Source: a bacterium
Lineage (GTDB): Bacteria; Patescibacteriota; Minisyncoccia; UBA6257; GWB1-50-10
Assembly: GCA_021791395.1 (NCBI GenBank)
Contig: JAJYWR010000002.1
Span: forward strand, 17,043-81,042
Direction of reading: 5' to 3'
DNA: 64,000 bases
Positions 28,784 to 39,166 of this stretch are shown piece after piece. Below the pieces are notes generated by a model. The model made no database searches. It worked only from the letters and a program-made list of their open reading frames with translations, and had not been told where the DNA came from. Within the stretch, counting starts at the first letter, position 1. Every line of letters starts with the position of its first letter. The translations under genes and the position numbers were made by a program.

Positions 28784-30427
28784 ATGGCAAAACAAATTTT
28801 ATTCGACGAGAAAGCCCGCTCTTCAATGAAGCGGGGGATCGACAAACTGGCGCAAGCTGTCAGAATGACCTTGGGTCCACGGGGACGCGCTGCCGTCATT
28901 GAAAAGGGATACGGCACGCCACAGGTGACTTTCGACGGCGTAACGGTTGCAAAAGAAATCGAATTGCAGGACAAATACGAGAATCTGGGAGCGGAATTTT
29001 TGAAACAAGCTGCCGATAAGACCGATAATAACGTCGGCGACGGCACGACGACATCTGTCGTCTTGGCGCATGCCATGATTGAAGAAGGTGAACGCGCTAT
29101 CATGGAAAAAGGATTCAACGTCATTCAGCTTGCTGAAGAATTGAAGAAGAAAAGCGAGACGATCATCAAGGCCTTGGAGAAACAAAAAGAAGAAATCAAC
29201 GATAATAAGAAAGTTCAAGAGGTTGCAACGCTTTCGGCGAAAGATCCGGAAATTGGAAAACTCATCGCCGAAGTCATGGCAAAAGTCGGCAAAGAAGGCG
29301 TCGTAACGGTGGAAGATTCAAATACCATCGGGAATTCATACGAAGTAGTCGAGGGCATGCAGTTCGACCGCGGATACATTTCTCCGTACATGGTGACAAA
29401 CCAGGAGCGGATGGAATCGATCCTCGAAGAGCCGTACGTCCTCGTGACCGACAAGAAAATTTCGTCGATCAACGAGCTCTTGCCGCTCCTTGAAAAGATT
29501 GTCCAGAGCGGGAAAAAAGAGCTTTTGATCGTTGCCGATGACGTGGATGGCGAAGCACTGGCGACTCTCATATTGAATAAGATCCGGGGCATCTTCAGCG
29601 TCCTGGCGGTCAAAGCTCCCGGCTTCGGTGATCGAAAGAAAGAAATGCTCCAGGATATCGCCGTTGTGACGGGTGCCACGTTCGTATCCGACGACCTCGG
29701 TAAAAAATTTGAGAACGTTGAATTGGAAGAACTCGGCCACGCACACCGCGTGGTCGCCGACAAAGATAAAACGACGGTCGTAGGCGGCATGGGCAACAAG
29801 CAAGTCATTGAAGATCGGGTTAAGCAGATTAAAGCACAGATCAAAACGACGGATTCCGATTTCGACAAAGAAAAATTGCAGGAGCGTCTCGGAAAACTCG
29901 CGGGCGGTGTCGCTGTTATAAAAGTCGGCGCTCCGACTGAATCGGCGCAAAAAGAATTGAAGCAACGTGTCGAAGATGCCGTGGGAGCGACGCGCGCGGC
30001 TATGGAAGAAGGAATCATTCCGGGTGGCGGCACGGCGCTCTTTAACGCCATTCCGTCGATAACGCTTGAGAAAACAGAGAATTCCATTGCGGCTGCGGTT
30101 TCCGCAATTCTTTCGCGAGCGCTTCTTGCTCCGGTTACCGCAATCATCGAGAACAGCGGGGAGAATGCAAAGAGCATCACAAGCAAACTCGAGGCGAACT
30201 GGCAAAAGGGAACGAACTGGAACGGTTTCAATGCTTTTACCAATAAGATCGAGGATTTGAAAGAAGCCGGTGTCGTGGACCCCTTGAAGGTCACCAAAAC
30301 AGCTTTTACGAACGCTATTTCGGTGGCCGCCAACTACTTGACCATAGGCGCCGCCATCACCGATATCCCCGAAAAGAAAGAAGGAGGAGGAATGCCCAAT
30401 ATGGGAGACGTGTCGGGGGATTACTAA
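28784..30427 (+). CDS. groEL: Chaperonin GroEL
   Basis: 547 aa with AVKAPGFGDRRK, GDGTTT and a C-terminal GGM-type tail (GGGMPNMGD). Confidence 0.95.
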   Translation: MAKQILFDEKARSSMKRGIDKLAQAVRMTLGPRGRAAVIEKGYGTPQVTFDGVTVAKEIELQDKYENLGAEFLKQAADKTDNNVGDGTTTSVVLAHAMIEEGERAIMEKGFNVIQLAEELKKKSETIIKALEKQKEEINDNKKVQEVATLSAKDPEIGKLIAEVMAKVGKEGVVTVEDSNTIGNSYEVVEGMQFDRGYISPYMVTNQERMESILEEPYVLVTDKKISSINELLPLLEKIVQSGKKELLIVADDVDGEALATLILNKIRGIFSVLAVKAPGFGDRKKEMLQDIAVVTGATFVSDDLGKKFENVELEELGHAHRVVADKDKTTVVGGMGNKQVIEDRVKQIKAQIKTTDSDFDKEKLQERLGKLAGGVAVIKVGAPTESAQKELKQRVEDAVGATRAAMEEGIIPGGGTALFNAIPSITLEKTENSIAAAVSAILSRALLAPVTAIIENSGENAKSITSKLEANWQKGTNWNGFNAFTNKIEDLKEAGVVDPLKVTKTAFTNAISVAANYLTIGAAITDIPEKKEGGGMPNMGDVSGDY

Positions 30428-30554
30428 GCCAAACCGGAACCCCGTCTCCGCTTTCCTTTAAGGACTAAAGGAGAGGGGGTATTCGATTCTATAGATAAAC
30501 ACTCCCAAGAAACCGTCCATCGCACGATGGGCGGTTTTGGTTTATACTCATGGT

Positions 30555-31484
30555 ATGCGACAATATCTTGATTTGCTCCGCGATGTCATGGAGCACGGTA
30601 CGAAGAAGGCTGACCGGACGGGAACGGGAACCGTTTCGATATTCGGACGACAAATCCGCTTCGATCTCAACGAAGGTTTTCCTGCAGTAACGACAAAAAA
30701 ATTATATTTAAAAGGGGTGATCCATGAATTGCTTTGGCTCCTTATGGGAGAAACGAACATTCAATACCTCGTGAAAAACGACGTGAAAATTTGGAACGAG
30801 TGGGCCTTCGAAGTGTATCTCGCAAAAAACAATCTTCGGGAGCAATACCCCCGATACTCGGAAGTTTGGCAGAAAAAAATGGAGGGGTTCGTCGATCAAA
30901 TAAAGAACGATGATGCATTCGCGAAAGAATGGGGAGAGCTCGGCCCCATTTACGGAAAGCAGTGGAGGAAGTGGCAAGGACCGAACGGCGAAGAAGTCGA
31001 CCAAATCGCGAATGTCATTGATCTCATTCGGCACGACCCAACTTCCCGACGTATTATCGTAAGCGGTTGGAATGTGGGGGAGATTCAGGAACTGGTGCGA
31101 AATCATCACTCGGCGCCGCCGCCATGCCACACGCTTTTCCAATTCATCGTCGTCGACGGCAAACTTTCCTGCCAATTGTATCAACGAAGCGCCGATCTCT
31201 TCCTTGGCGTACCATTTAATATCGCATCATATGCGCTTCTTACGATGATGATCGCTCAAACGACCGGCCTTAAGCCGGGCGAATTTATCCACACGTTCGG
31301 CGATGCGCACATTTATTTGAACCATCTCGATCAGGTAAAAGAACAACTTTCGAGAACCCCGCGCCCGCTGCCGCAGATGAAAATCAATCCGAACGTAAAA
31401 TCGATCTTCGATTTCAAATACGAGGACTTCGAGCTTGTCGAGTACGATCCGTATCCCGCCATCAAAGCTCCTATCTCGGTATAA
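30555..31484 (+). CDS. thyA: Thymidylate synthase
   Basis: [26 protein letters not shown], FGxQxRFDL and the catalytic region [10 protein letters not shown]. Confidence 0.9.
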   Translation: MRQYLDLLRDVMEHGTKKADRTGTGTVSIFGRQIRFDLNEGFPAVTTKKLYLKGVIHELLWLLMGETNIQYLVKNDVKIWNEWAFEVYLAKNNLREQYPRYSEVWQKKMEGFVDQIKNDDAFAKEWGELGPIYGKQWRKWQGPNGEEVDQIANVIDLIRHDPTSRRIIVSGWNVGEIQELVRNHHSAPPPCHTLFQFIVVDGKLSCQLYQRSADLFLGVPFNIASYALLTMMIAQTTGLKPGEFIHTFGDAHIYLNHLDQVKEQLSRTPRPLPQMKINPNVKSIFDFKYEDFELVEYDPYPAIKAPISV

Positions 31485-31494
31485 AACAATCCCT

Positions 31495-31998
31495 ATGACC
31501 ATCTCTCTTATTGCGGCGGTTGCGAAAAACGGCGTCATCGGCAATGCCGGAAAAATTCCTTGGCATCTCCCCGACGATATGAGACATTTTCGAGAGACCA
31601 CCTTGCATCACTCGGTGATCATGGGGCGAAAAACGTACGAATCGATGGGAAGGCCGCTTCCTGAGCGGAATAATATCGTCGTAACCCGTCAAGAAAGTTA
31701 TGAAACGTCGGGATGTACGGTGGTACATACGCTCGAAGACGCGCTCAAGGCGGCGCGGCAAGAGGGAATCGATGAAGTATTCATCATCGGCGGGTCGGAA
31801 CTTTATCGGGAGGCGATGCCTATTGCAGATCGTCTTTACATTACGTCGATCGACGAAGAATTCGAAGGGGATACCCTCTTTCCCGAAATAAATTCCTTCG
31901 AATGGAAGAAGGTATCCGAAGAAAAAGGGGTTGTCGATAAGAAAAATCCCCATCCTCACGCTTTCCTCGTACTCGAAAGAAAGGGGAGGGGAAATTGA
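31495..31998 (+). CDS. folA: Dihydrofolate reductase
   Basis: ISLIAAVAKNGVIGNAGKIPWHLPDDMRHFRETT…VIMGRKTYESMG. It follows thyA in the classic pairing. Confidence 0.85.
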   Translation: MTISLIAAVAKNGVIGNAGKIPWHLPDDMRHFRETTLHHSVIMGRKTYESMGRPLPERNNIVVTRQESYETSGCTVVHTLEDALKAARQEGIDEVFIIGGSELYREAMPIADRLYITSIDEEFEGDTLFPEINSFEWKKVSEEKGVVDKKNPHPHAFLVLERKGRGN

Positions 31999-32010
31999 TT
32001 CCGGGAAGAT

Positions 32011-32586
32011 TTGTGGTATGATAAAAACATTATGACGCCATCAACCATCATCGCAATCGTCATCGCTCTCGTCGTTTTATGGCTCATCTTCGCCTTCAAC
32101 GGCTTGGTGAGAAAGAAGAACCGCGTTCAAGAGGCATGGTCCGACATTGAAGTGCAACTGAAGCGCCGCTATGATTTGATCCCCAACCTTGTCGAGACGG
32201 TGAAGGGATACGCAACGCACGAAAGGACGGTTTTGGAAGACGTTACGAACGCCCGGACTACTGCCATGAGCGCCGTCGACCCGAAAGCGAAACTTCAAGC
32301 AAACGATCAATTATCAAATACTCTGAAGTCGCTTTTTGCCGTCGCGGAAAATTATCCAAACCTCAAGGCGAACGAGAATTTTGCGAAGCTGCAGGACGAA
32401 CTGACCGATACGGAAGATAAAATTCAAGCGGCGCGGAGATTTTATAACGCGAATGTTCGCGATTTCAATACCTCAATCCAGGTATTCCCGACGAATTTGA
32501 TCGCCGGGGCGTTCCATTTCACGAAGCAAGAGCTTTTCGACGTTGACAACCCGACGGAACGGGAGCCGGTCAAGGTCCAGTTTTAG
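32011..32586 (+). CDS. lemA: LemA family protein
   Basis: An N-terminal TM helix is followed by NRVQEAWSDIEVQLKRRYDLIPNLVETVKGYATHER, the LemA signature. Confidence 0.75.
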   Translation: MWYDKNIMTPSTIIAIVIALVVLWLIFAFNGLVRKKNRVQEAWSDIEVQLKRRYDLIPNLVETVKGYATHERTVLEDVTNARTTAMSAVDPKAKLQANDQLSNTLKSLFAVAENYPNLKANENFAKLQDELTDTEDKIQAARRFYNANVRDFNTSIQVFPTNLIAGAFHFTKQELFDVDNPTEREPVKVQF

Positions 32587-32591
32587 CATCA

Positions 32592-33503
32592 ATGAAGACA
32601 CTTTATACGGAAGCGTCATCCAACGTGCGGAAGACGTGGGCGCTCATGACGGGCGTCTTCGTTTTGATTATCGCTCTCGGTTGGATCTTTTCGCAGATTT
32701 ACGACTCGCCGGGCATCCTTGTTTTTGCCGTCGCCTTGAGCATCGTGTTGAACGTGACAAGCTATTGGTATTCCGACAAGATCGTTCTTGCGACGACCGG
32801 AGCGAAACAGATTCAAAAGAGCGACAATCCGGAGCTTTGGCGGATCGTCGAAAATCTCTCCATTGCTTCCGGTCTCCCAATGCCGAAGCTCTTCATCGTT
32901 CCGACCGGAGCGCCGAATGCCTTTGCGACTGGACGCGACAAGGAGCATGCATCCGTCGCCGTCACGGCCGGCCTTCTTCAAATCATGAATAAAGATGAAT
33001 TGGAAGGCGTCCTGGCACATGAGCTTTCCCACGTGGGAAACAAGGATATGCTGGTCTCGACCGTCGTCGTGGTCCTCGTGGGAACCATTTCCCTCCTTGC
33101 TGATTTTTTCCTCAGGATGAGTTTTTGGGGCGGAGGACGGAGGAACGACCGGGAAGGAAACGGCAATCTCATGTTTTTCCTGGGGATCGTGGGAGCAATC
33201 CTTGCACCGATCGCCGCAACTTTGATCCAGCTCGCCATATCGCGAAAGCGTGAATCTTTAGCCGATGCTTCGGGAGCGCTCCTCACGAGATATCCCGAGG
33301 GTCTTGCGAGCGCACTCGAGAAGATAGAACAAAATCCCTATCCGACCGCCGGTGCAAGTTCCGCGACCGCCCATCTTTACTTCACGAATCCTTTCAAGGC
33401 GGATGCAGGGGATAAAAAGAAAACCCCGTTTTTCGTCAAATTATTCATGACGCATCCTCCGATCGAGGAACGGATCAAAAAATTGAAGTCGATGTCTTTA
33501 TGA
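32592..33503 (+). CDS. htpX: Zinc metalloprotease HtpX (M48)
   Basis: HELSHVGNKD (HExxH) within TM-flanked M48 architecture. Confidence 0.85.
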   Translation: MKTLYTEASSNVRKTWALMTGVFVLIIALGWIFSQIYDSPGILVFAVALSIVLNVTSYWYSDKIVLATTGAKQIQKSDNPELWRIVENLSIASGLPMPKLFIVPTGAPNAFATGRDKEHASVAVTAGLLQIMNKDELEGVLAHELSHVGNKDMLVSTVVVVLVGTISLLADFFLRMSFWGGGRRNDREGNGNLMFFLGIVGAILAPIAATLIQLAISRKRESLADASGALLTRYPEGLASALEKIEQNPYPTAGASSATAHLYFTNPFKADAGDKKKTPFFVKLFMTHPPIEERIKKLKSMSL

Positions 33504-34192
33504 AATATCAGTTCGGCAAAATCGTAGTCATTTCGCTCGGCGGATCGATCGTCTATCCGAAGGACATCGATCTCCTTTTTTTAAAGAATTTCAAAAAACT
33601 CATCGAGGGGGAAATTCGGAAGGGGAGAAAGTTTGTCGTCGTGATCGGTGGCGGGCACTTGGCCCGTATTTTTCAACAGGCGGCGGAACATATGGGTTCG
33701 GTCACCGACGAAGATAAGGATTGGATCGGCATTCATGCAACGCGCTTAAATGCGCAGCTCCTTCGGACCGTTTTTAAAAAGATCGCCGACCCGATCGTTT
33801 TTGACCAGCGAAAGAAGATAACGAAGCTTACGCATTCGGTAACCATCGCTTCCGGCTGGCGGCCCGGCTGGTCGACGGATTTCGTGGCTGCGGCGATAGC
33901 AAAAGATTTGAAGGTCGGTGAATACCTGGAAGTAGGGAAGCCTGACCATGTTTATGACAAAGACCCCTCCATTTATCGGGATGCAAAACCATTCGAAACC
34001 ATCAGCTGGAAAGATTACCGACACCTCATTCCGCGGGAATGGATTCCCGGATCACATTCGCCGGTTGATCCCATTGCCGCTAAACTTTCGAGCAATGCAG
34101 GAATACGATCGATCGTCCTCGACGGGAGGGACCTGAAGAATTTCCAAAATCTCCTCGGGGGAAGGAATTTTAAGGGAACGATCATCCAATGA
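33500..34192 (+). CDS. Amino-acid kinase family protein, UMP kinase-like (archaeal-type PyrH)
   Basis: KIVVISLGGSIV and VVVIGGG are the carbamate/UMP kinase fold motifs. Length is about 230 aa. Confidence 0.5.
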   Translation: MKYQFGKIVVISLGGSIVYPKDIDLLFLKNFKKLIEGEIRKGRKFVVVIGGGHLARIFQQAAEHMGSVTDEDKDWIGIHATRLNAQLLRTVFKKIADPIVFDQRKKITKLTHSVTIASGWRPGWSTDFVAAAIAKDLKVGEYLEVGKPDHVYDKDPSIYRDAKPFETISWKDYRHLIPREWIPGSHSPVDPIAAKLSSNAGIRSIVLDGRDLKNFQNLLGGRNFKGTIIQ

Positions 34193-34578
34193 ACCAAACA
34201 GATCGACACATAAAAATCGTCCTCATCCTTCTTGTTCTTATCCTTCTCCTTCTTGTTATGACCTTCATTAAAGAATATGAAGGCGTAAAAAAACTCGAGA
34301 CGTTAAGCCCGCACGAAACTTTCGCGAACATTTTGAATCGCCGCAGCCCCTTTACCGCGAACGATGTTCAGCTCATCCAAGGCTGGATGACATTCGATTA
34401 CGTGAATAAGATATTCGGACTCCCGTCGAACGATCTCGAAACCAGCTTCGATATAACCGATGCTTCGTATCCACGGGAAACGCTCGCGAGGTATGCCGAA
34501 CGACATCACATGAATACCGCCGTGTTCATTGACGAGGTTCAAAATGCAGTCCGTGAATTTTTAACCAAGGCACAATAG
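34189..34578 (+). CDS. Hypothetical membrane-anchored protein
   Basis: An N-terminal TM helix is followed by a small soluble domain. Confidence 0.35.
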   Translation: MNQTDRHIKIVLILLVLILLLLVMTFIKEYEGVKKLETLSPHETFANILNRRSPFTANDVQLIQGWMTFDYVNKIFGLPSNDLETSFDITDASYPRETLARYAERHHMNTAVFIDEVQNAVREFLTKAQ

Positions 34579-34579
34579 T

Positions 34580-35194
34580 ATGGCGTCCATCGTGAGTTTT
34601 CTCCTTTCCTTCCTTTTGCTATACAAGTATGCCGCGCTCTTTATTATCAGCTTCTTGGCGGCCATTATCGTGCCGCTCCCCGTTACCGAAGTCATGCTTG
34701 GCATCGGCGCTTTCGTCGGCCAAGGCTATTTTAACTTTTGGGGTTCTCTTGCAGCCGCGCAAATCGCAAACGTCCTCGGTGATTTGGCAGACTATGCTTT
34801 TGCCAGACGATACGGCAGCGGCATCGTTCATAAAGTCAGGCTCGACCGATCCCGCTTTTTCGCCAAAATCGAGCAGGAAATGCAAACTCATGCGCGATCG
34901 ACAATCTTTATAACCCGCTTCGCCGGAGAATTGGGGCCGCTCGTCAATTTCCTTTCGGGGGCTGCCGACATACCGATTAAAAAATTCCTCATCTTCGATT
35001 TTGCCGGCAACCTCGCGTATTACGTCGGTATTCTCTTAATCGGCCTTTGGGCCGGAAATTACTGGGAAAATTTCTCGGAACTCATGAGTCTCCTCGTAAG
35101 TATTTTCGTCGTCCTTGTCATTATAAAGTGGCTTTGGCATATCTACCGGAGATTTAAAAATAACCGCAAGGAACGGAACAGGATCGCCGTTTAA
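34580..35194 (+). CDS. DedA/VTT-domain membrane protein
   Basis: YAALFIISFLAAIIVPLPVTEV and the downstream G-rich re-entrant region resemble DedA/SNARE-associated proteins. Confidence 0.5.
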   Translation: MASIVSFLLSFLLLYKYAALFIISFLAAIIVPLPVTEVMLGIGAFVGQGYFNFWGSLAAAQIANVLGDLADYAFARRYGSGIVHKVRLDRSRFFAKIEQEMQTHARSTIFITRFAGELGPLVNFLSGAADIPIKKFLIFDFAGNLAYYVGILLIGLWAGNYWENFSELMSLLVSIFVVLVIIKWLWHIYRRFKNNRKERNRIAV

Positions 35195-36015
35195 TCGCAG
35201 GGGCGATCGTCGGCAAGCTCAAGAATGACGGGATCGTGATCCGAAAGAGGGGGCTTGAGGTACTCTGGTTCGTAGTGGACAACTTGAAGGCCAACGGATT
35301 CCGTATTTTTGACGAATACATAGTCGTATCGCTTGGGAAATCGAATCCGATTCAGCCAGTTGTCCACATAACGATTGTCCGGCCGGTAGGTCGGCTCGGA
35401 ATCGGATTTATGCCCGCAGACGGAAGGAACGAGAAATCCCGTAAGCCTGAAAAGCTCCGCGAACTCGTGCTCCCGGATCATATAGTTTTCATTAAAGTCT
35501 CCAGCAATGATTGTGGGCAGTTGATCGTGATTGGTCCGCCGGAGCATGTTTGCCGTTTGACGCAATCGTATCTTCCTGCTGAAGAAGAGTGTTTCCTGGT
35601 GCATGTGAGTGTTTACCACCTTGAGGTTTCCGCGGGGAGTTTTAAGAATCACCTCGAGGAACCCCTTTCGTCCGAGCGCTTCCGTTATCGCTGAATTCAA
35701 AAAGCGGTTGTAGGGAACGAAGCGGTTGTAGAGGATGGGAAATTTCGAAAGGATGACGAGCCCTCCCGTAACATCGAAAAGCTTGAAGAATAAAATGCGG
35801 CGATGATCTTTAGTGTTGCCGGCAATGTGATATTGATCCTTTAATGCATCGCAGAGAAACGCGCGATGGTAAATATCGAATGATTCCTGAAGACAAATGA
35901 TGTCGGCGTTGGAATTTTTGAGATACTGCACGATGCCGGCGACCCTTTTTTTGCGGTCTTTAATAAACCAAAACGGCAAATCCCAAACATTAAAAGTAAT
36001 TACTTTTATGCGCAT
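35191..36015 (-). CDS. Endonuclease/exonuclease/phosphatase (EEP) family protein
   Basis: MRIKVITFNVWDLPF…NADIICLQE…GDFN…HDPV…SDH is the EEP motif series. The start is set at MRIKV. Confidence 0.6.
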   Translation of the reverse strand: MRIKVITFNVWDLPFWFIKDRKKRVAGIVQYLKNSNADIICLQESFDIYHRAFLCDALKDQYHIAGNTKDHRRILFFKLFDVTGGLVILSKFPILYNRFVPYNRFLNSAITEALGRKGFLEVILKTPRGNLKVVNTHMHQETLFFSRKIRLRQTANMLRRTNHDQLPTIIAGDFNENYMIREHEFAELFRLTGFLVPSVCGHKSDSEPTYRPDNRYVDNWLNRIRFPKRYDYVFVKNTESVGLQVVHYEPEYLKPPLSDHDPVILELADDRPCD

Positions 36016-36085
36016 TATTATTTTATGGTAGGGGATGGATATGGTTGAGTCAATCCATTTCCGATGATACAATACATTTCGCGAT

Positions 36086-36170
36086 GGAGGGGTCGCATAG
36101 TGGCCTAGTGCGCACGCTTGGAAAGCGTGTATACCGCAAGGTATCGAGAGTTCGAATCTCTCCCCCTCCG
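36086..36170 (+). tRNA. tRNA-Ser (anticodon GGA)
   Basis: GGAGGGG acceptor stem pairs with CCCCTCC. Anticodon stem-loop is CACGC-TTGGAAA-GCGTG, with a long variable arm and T-loop TTCGAAT. The discriminator is G and CCA is not encoded. Confidence 0.85.
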
Positions 36171-36373
36171 CAAACCAAACCCTCGACCCCCGTCTGGGAC
36201 ACCTTCGGGTTTCCCATCAGCCGCACTTCGTGCGGCTCCTTCCAAAACGGGGGTTTGGTGTTTTGCGAAAGGGGAGCAAGACAACTGCTTGTCTTGCGTG
36301 AGGATTCGAACGCCGGAGCATGTCCCGAACTCGTCGAGGGACGCGAAGCGGTGGCTAGCCCGAGGCGCAAGCC

Positions 36374-36404
36374 GAGAGGCGAAGCCGAATCTCTCCCCCT
36401 CCGC
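36374..36404 (+). repeat. Partial duplicate of the tRNA-Ser 3' end (T-arm plus acceptor 3' strand)
   Basis: GAGAG[GCGAAGC]CGAATCTCTCCCCCTCCGC compared with the tRNA's GAGAG[TT]CGAATCTCTCCCCCTCCGC. The 19-mer is exact. No matching 5' half was found upstream. Confidence 0.6.
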
Positions 36405-36485
36405 TCATACAAAAGAGATGCATCCTTGTGGTGCGCCCATTTTGTATCAATGAGAAATTCACAAAAATTGTGGTATACTGACGAT

Positions 36486-37454
36486 ATGAATAAGAAAAAA
36501 AGCATCGTCGCCATCGTCATCCTTCTTGTTGTCGTTATCGCGGTTTGGTATGCACTCGAACAGCCCGCAAGCCAACCTTCGACATCAACTCAGTCGTCTT
36601 CAACAAGTGAAGCTCAAAATACAAACCCCATCGCAACGGCTTCGTATGTTTGTGACGGGGGAAAGACGATCGACGCGAAATTTTATCAAGGGCAGACAAA
36701 ACCTCCCGCGGGCCCGAACGAACCTCCGATCCCCGGCGGAAGTGTGAAGATTTCTCTGAGCGATGGGCGTACGATGACGCTCCAACAAACGCTCTCAGCC
36801 GACGGTTCCCGGTATTCGAATGGAAATCCCATGATCCAGGGGAACGAGACCTTCGTCTTTTGGAGTAAGGGGAACGGCGCTTTCGTCCTCGAAAATGGCC
36901 AACAACAGACCTACAGCGGCTGCATTGCGGTCGTGCCCGATCCAGGCAACCTGCCGGGGGTGTACGAAAGCGGCTCGAATGGCTTTTCAATCAGGTATCC
37001 GGCGGGATACACCGTGAATCCGAATTTCCAATACCAGGAACTCGGACCAGGCAAGGAAATTTCCGGAGTATCATTCACGATACCGACGTCAACCGCCGCG
37101 GGGACCAACCTTGGCCGGGATTCGTACGTGAGCGTCGAGGAAATCCCGCAGACGCAAGAATGCACCGCGGATCTCTTCCTTCCGCCGAATTCAATGAGCG
37201 GGGTGCTCGGCGTCACGACCACGACCGACAACGGCGTGACGTATTCAGTCGCTTCGTCGACCGGAGCTGGAGCGGGCAATCGATATGTGGAAGTTGCATA
37301 CGCGATTCCGGGAACCAATCCTTGCATCGCCGTGCATTACTTCATCCACTACGGGGTGATCGAGAATTATCCGCAGGGGGCGGTTCGGGCTTTCGATGAA
37401 CCGGCGCTCCTCGATCAGTTCAACGCCATTCGCCGCACGCTCACCCTGCAGTAA
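36486..37454 (+). CDS. Secreted or lipid-anchored protein with an N-terminal MliC-like domain
   Basis: Signal/TM segment MNKKKSIVAIVILLVVVIAVW. Then YVCDGGKTIDAKFY…LSADGSRYSNGN…FWSKGNGAFVLENGQQQTYSGC matches the MliC lysozyme-inhibitor fold pattern (C…SASGARY…WxKG.EA.L…C). Confidence 0.5.
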   Translation: MNKKKSIVAIVILLVVVIAVWYALEQPASQPSTSTQSSSTSEAQNTNPIATASYVCDGGKTIDAKFYQGQTKPPAGPNEPPIPGGSVKISLSDGRTMTLQQTLSADGSRYSNGNPMIQGNETFVFWSKGNGAFVLENGQQQTYSGCIAVVPDPGNLPGVYESGSNGFSIRYPAGYTVNPNFQYQELGPGKEISGVSFTIPTSTAAGTNLGRDSYVSVEEIPQTQECTADLFLPPNSMSGVLGVTTTTDNGVTYSVASSTGAGAGNRYVEVAYAIPGTNPCIAVHYFIHYGVIENYPQGAVRAFDEPALLDQFNAIRRTLTLQ

Positions 37455-37523
37455 CGGATTTCAGATTTGTTTTCTCGTCAAAAAAAGATTATTATTGAAC
37501 CAAAGAAAGGCATAGAGAGTTAA

Positions 37524-38318
37524 ATGGACATTATCTCCGTAAAAAATCTCACCAAGAAATTTGGCGACTTCATTGCCGTGGATGGTATATCCTTTGCGGT
37601 GGAAAAGGGCGAAATTTTTGCGTTCTTGGGACCAAATGGCGCCGGAAAATCGACGACCATAAAAATGCTGACGACGATTTTGAGTCCCACGAGCGGGGAA
37701 ATCCTCCTCGACGGTCACAATCCGTTGCACGACGCGCTCCAGGCGAGAAAATCATTCGGCATCGTGTTCCAGGATCCCAGTTTGGATGATGAACTCACGG
37801 CATACGAAAATATAGAATTCCACGGGGTCCTCTACGGCGTGCCGAGAGAAACGGGGAAACAGCGAGCCGAGCAGCTTTTGAAAATCGTCGAACTGTGGGA
37901 TCGGAAAGATGAATTGGTCAAAAATTTCTCGGGTGGAATGAAAAGAAGATTGGAAATAGCCCGGGGTCTTTTGCATCACCCGAAGATTTTATTCCTCGAC
38001 GAGCCGACGCAGGGGCTCGATCCGCAGACCAGGAACCATATTTGGAGTTACATTCAAGATTTGAACAAAAAAGAAGGAATTACCATTTTTTTCACCACTC
38101 ACTACATGGAAGAAGCGGAGAAAGTCGCCGGGCGCGTCGACGTGATCGATCACGGGCATATCGTCGCCGAAGGGACGCCGGAAGAATTGAAAAAGAAAAC
38201 GAATGCAGCTTCTTTAGAGGAAGCGTTCCTATCACTTACCGGTCACGACATTCGGGACGAGAGCGCGTCGGGAACGGATCACATGCGGACGATGGGCCGT
38301 GCGTGGGGAAGGCATTAA
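37524..38318 (+). CDS. ABC transporter ATP-binding protein
   Basis: Walker A GPNGAGKST, signature FSGGMKRRLEIARGL, Walker B ILFLDEPTQGLD. Confidence 0.85.
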   Translation: MDIISVKNLTKKFGDFIAVDGISFAVEKGEIFAFLGPNGAGKSTTIKMLTTILSPTSGEILLDGHNPLHDALQARKSFGIVFQDPSLDDELTAYENIEFHGVLYGVPRETGKQRAEQLLKIVELWDRKDELVKNFSGGMKRRLEIARGLLHHPKILFLDEPTQGLDPQTRNHIWSYIQDLNKKEGITIFFTTHYMEEAEKVAGRVDVIDHGHIVAEGTPEELKKKTNAASLEEAFLSLTGHDIRDESASGTDHMRTMGRAWGRH

Positions 38319-38325
38319 AACGAAC

Positions 38326-39078
38326 ATGCAAGCGATTTACATCATTTGGCTGAGACAATTGAAGCGGTATTTGCGTTCAAAATCGAGGATCGTCGGTTCT
38401 CTCGGTCAGCCACTCTTATTTTTGGTCGCTTTGGGATTCGGCCTGGGGCCGATTTTCCAGAAAGCCGGCGGGGGCAATTATTTGGATTTCCTGGCGCCGG
38501 GCGTCATCGCCATGGGCATTCTCTTTACCGCGCTCTTTTCCGGCGTTGAGATCATATGGGACCGGCAATTCGGATTTCTGAAGGAGACCTTGGTGGCTCC
38601 GGTGTCGCGCCTCAAAATCATGATCGGCCGGACCTTGGGCGGCGCGACGGTCGCCATGATACAGGGGGTTGTCGTATTCGTTTTGGCGTTTCTGATCGGT
38701 TTCCGGCCGGAGTATCTCACGGTCGGCACGTTTTTCCTCGCACTCGTCTTCATGTTCCTCATCGCGGTGCTTTTTACCGCTCTCGGGACGGCCATCGCTT
38801 CGCAACTGGACGACATGCAGGGATTCCAGCTCATTATGAACTTTGTCGTGATGCCGCTCTTCTTCCTCTCTGGAGCGCTTTTCCCAACCGAAGGCCTGCC
38901 GAGCGGAATCGCGCTCGTTGTGAAGATCAATCCGCTTTCATACGGCGTCGACGGCTTGCGGCACGCGCTGACCGGCATCGCGAGTTTTGGTTTTGGGATA
39001 GATTTCGGAGTTCTCGCAGGAATAACCGCCCTCCTCGTTGTTTTGGGAAGCTATCTTTTCTCAAAAATACAGATATAG
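38326..39078 (+). CDS. ABC-2 type transporter permease
   Basis: Six TM helices immediately downstream of the ATPase, overlapping it. Confidence 0.7.
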   Translation: MQAIYIIWLRQLKRYLRSKSRIVGSLGQPLLFLVALGFGLGPIFQKAGGGNYLDFLAPGVIAMGILFTALFSGVEIIWDRQFGFLKETLVAPVSRLKIMIGRTLGGATVAMIQGVVVFVLAFLIGFRPEYLTVGTFFLALVFMFLIAVLFTALGTAIASQLDDMQGFQLIMNFVVMPLFFLSGALFPTEGLPSGIALVVKINPLSYGVDGLRHALTGIASFGFGIDFGVLAGITALLVVLGSYLFSKIQI

Positions 39079-39166
39079 AAACGCCATAGGAGAGGGATGG
39101 GGATAAAAAAGTTGTAAAAAAAAAGGTTTTACGTTAAAATATCTCCGGTTTTGCTTTTGACCATTT

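Noticed and set aside
29215-30333. 372-aa minus-strand ORF antisense to groEL. There is also a 289-aa ORF at 29336–30205.
   Set aside because: Low-complexity, Ser/Ala-rich translation with no start context. It is the shadow of the GroEL reading frame.
36171-36404. tRNA-Ser containing a group I intron, or a tmRNA-like RNA, spanning the region between the two T-arm copies.
   Set aside because: The first copy is already a complete, intron-less tRNA with its own acceptor stem. The second copy has no matching 5' acceptor strand, and no tmRNA resume-codon or pseudoknot pattern is visible.
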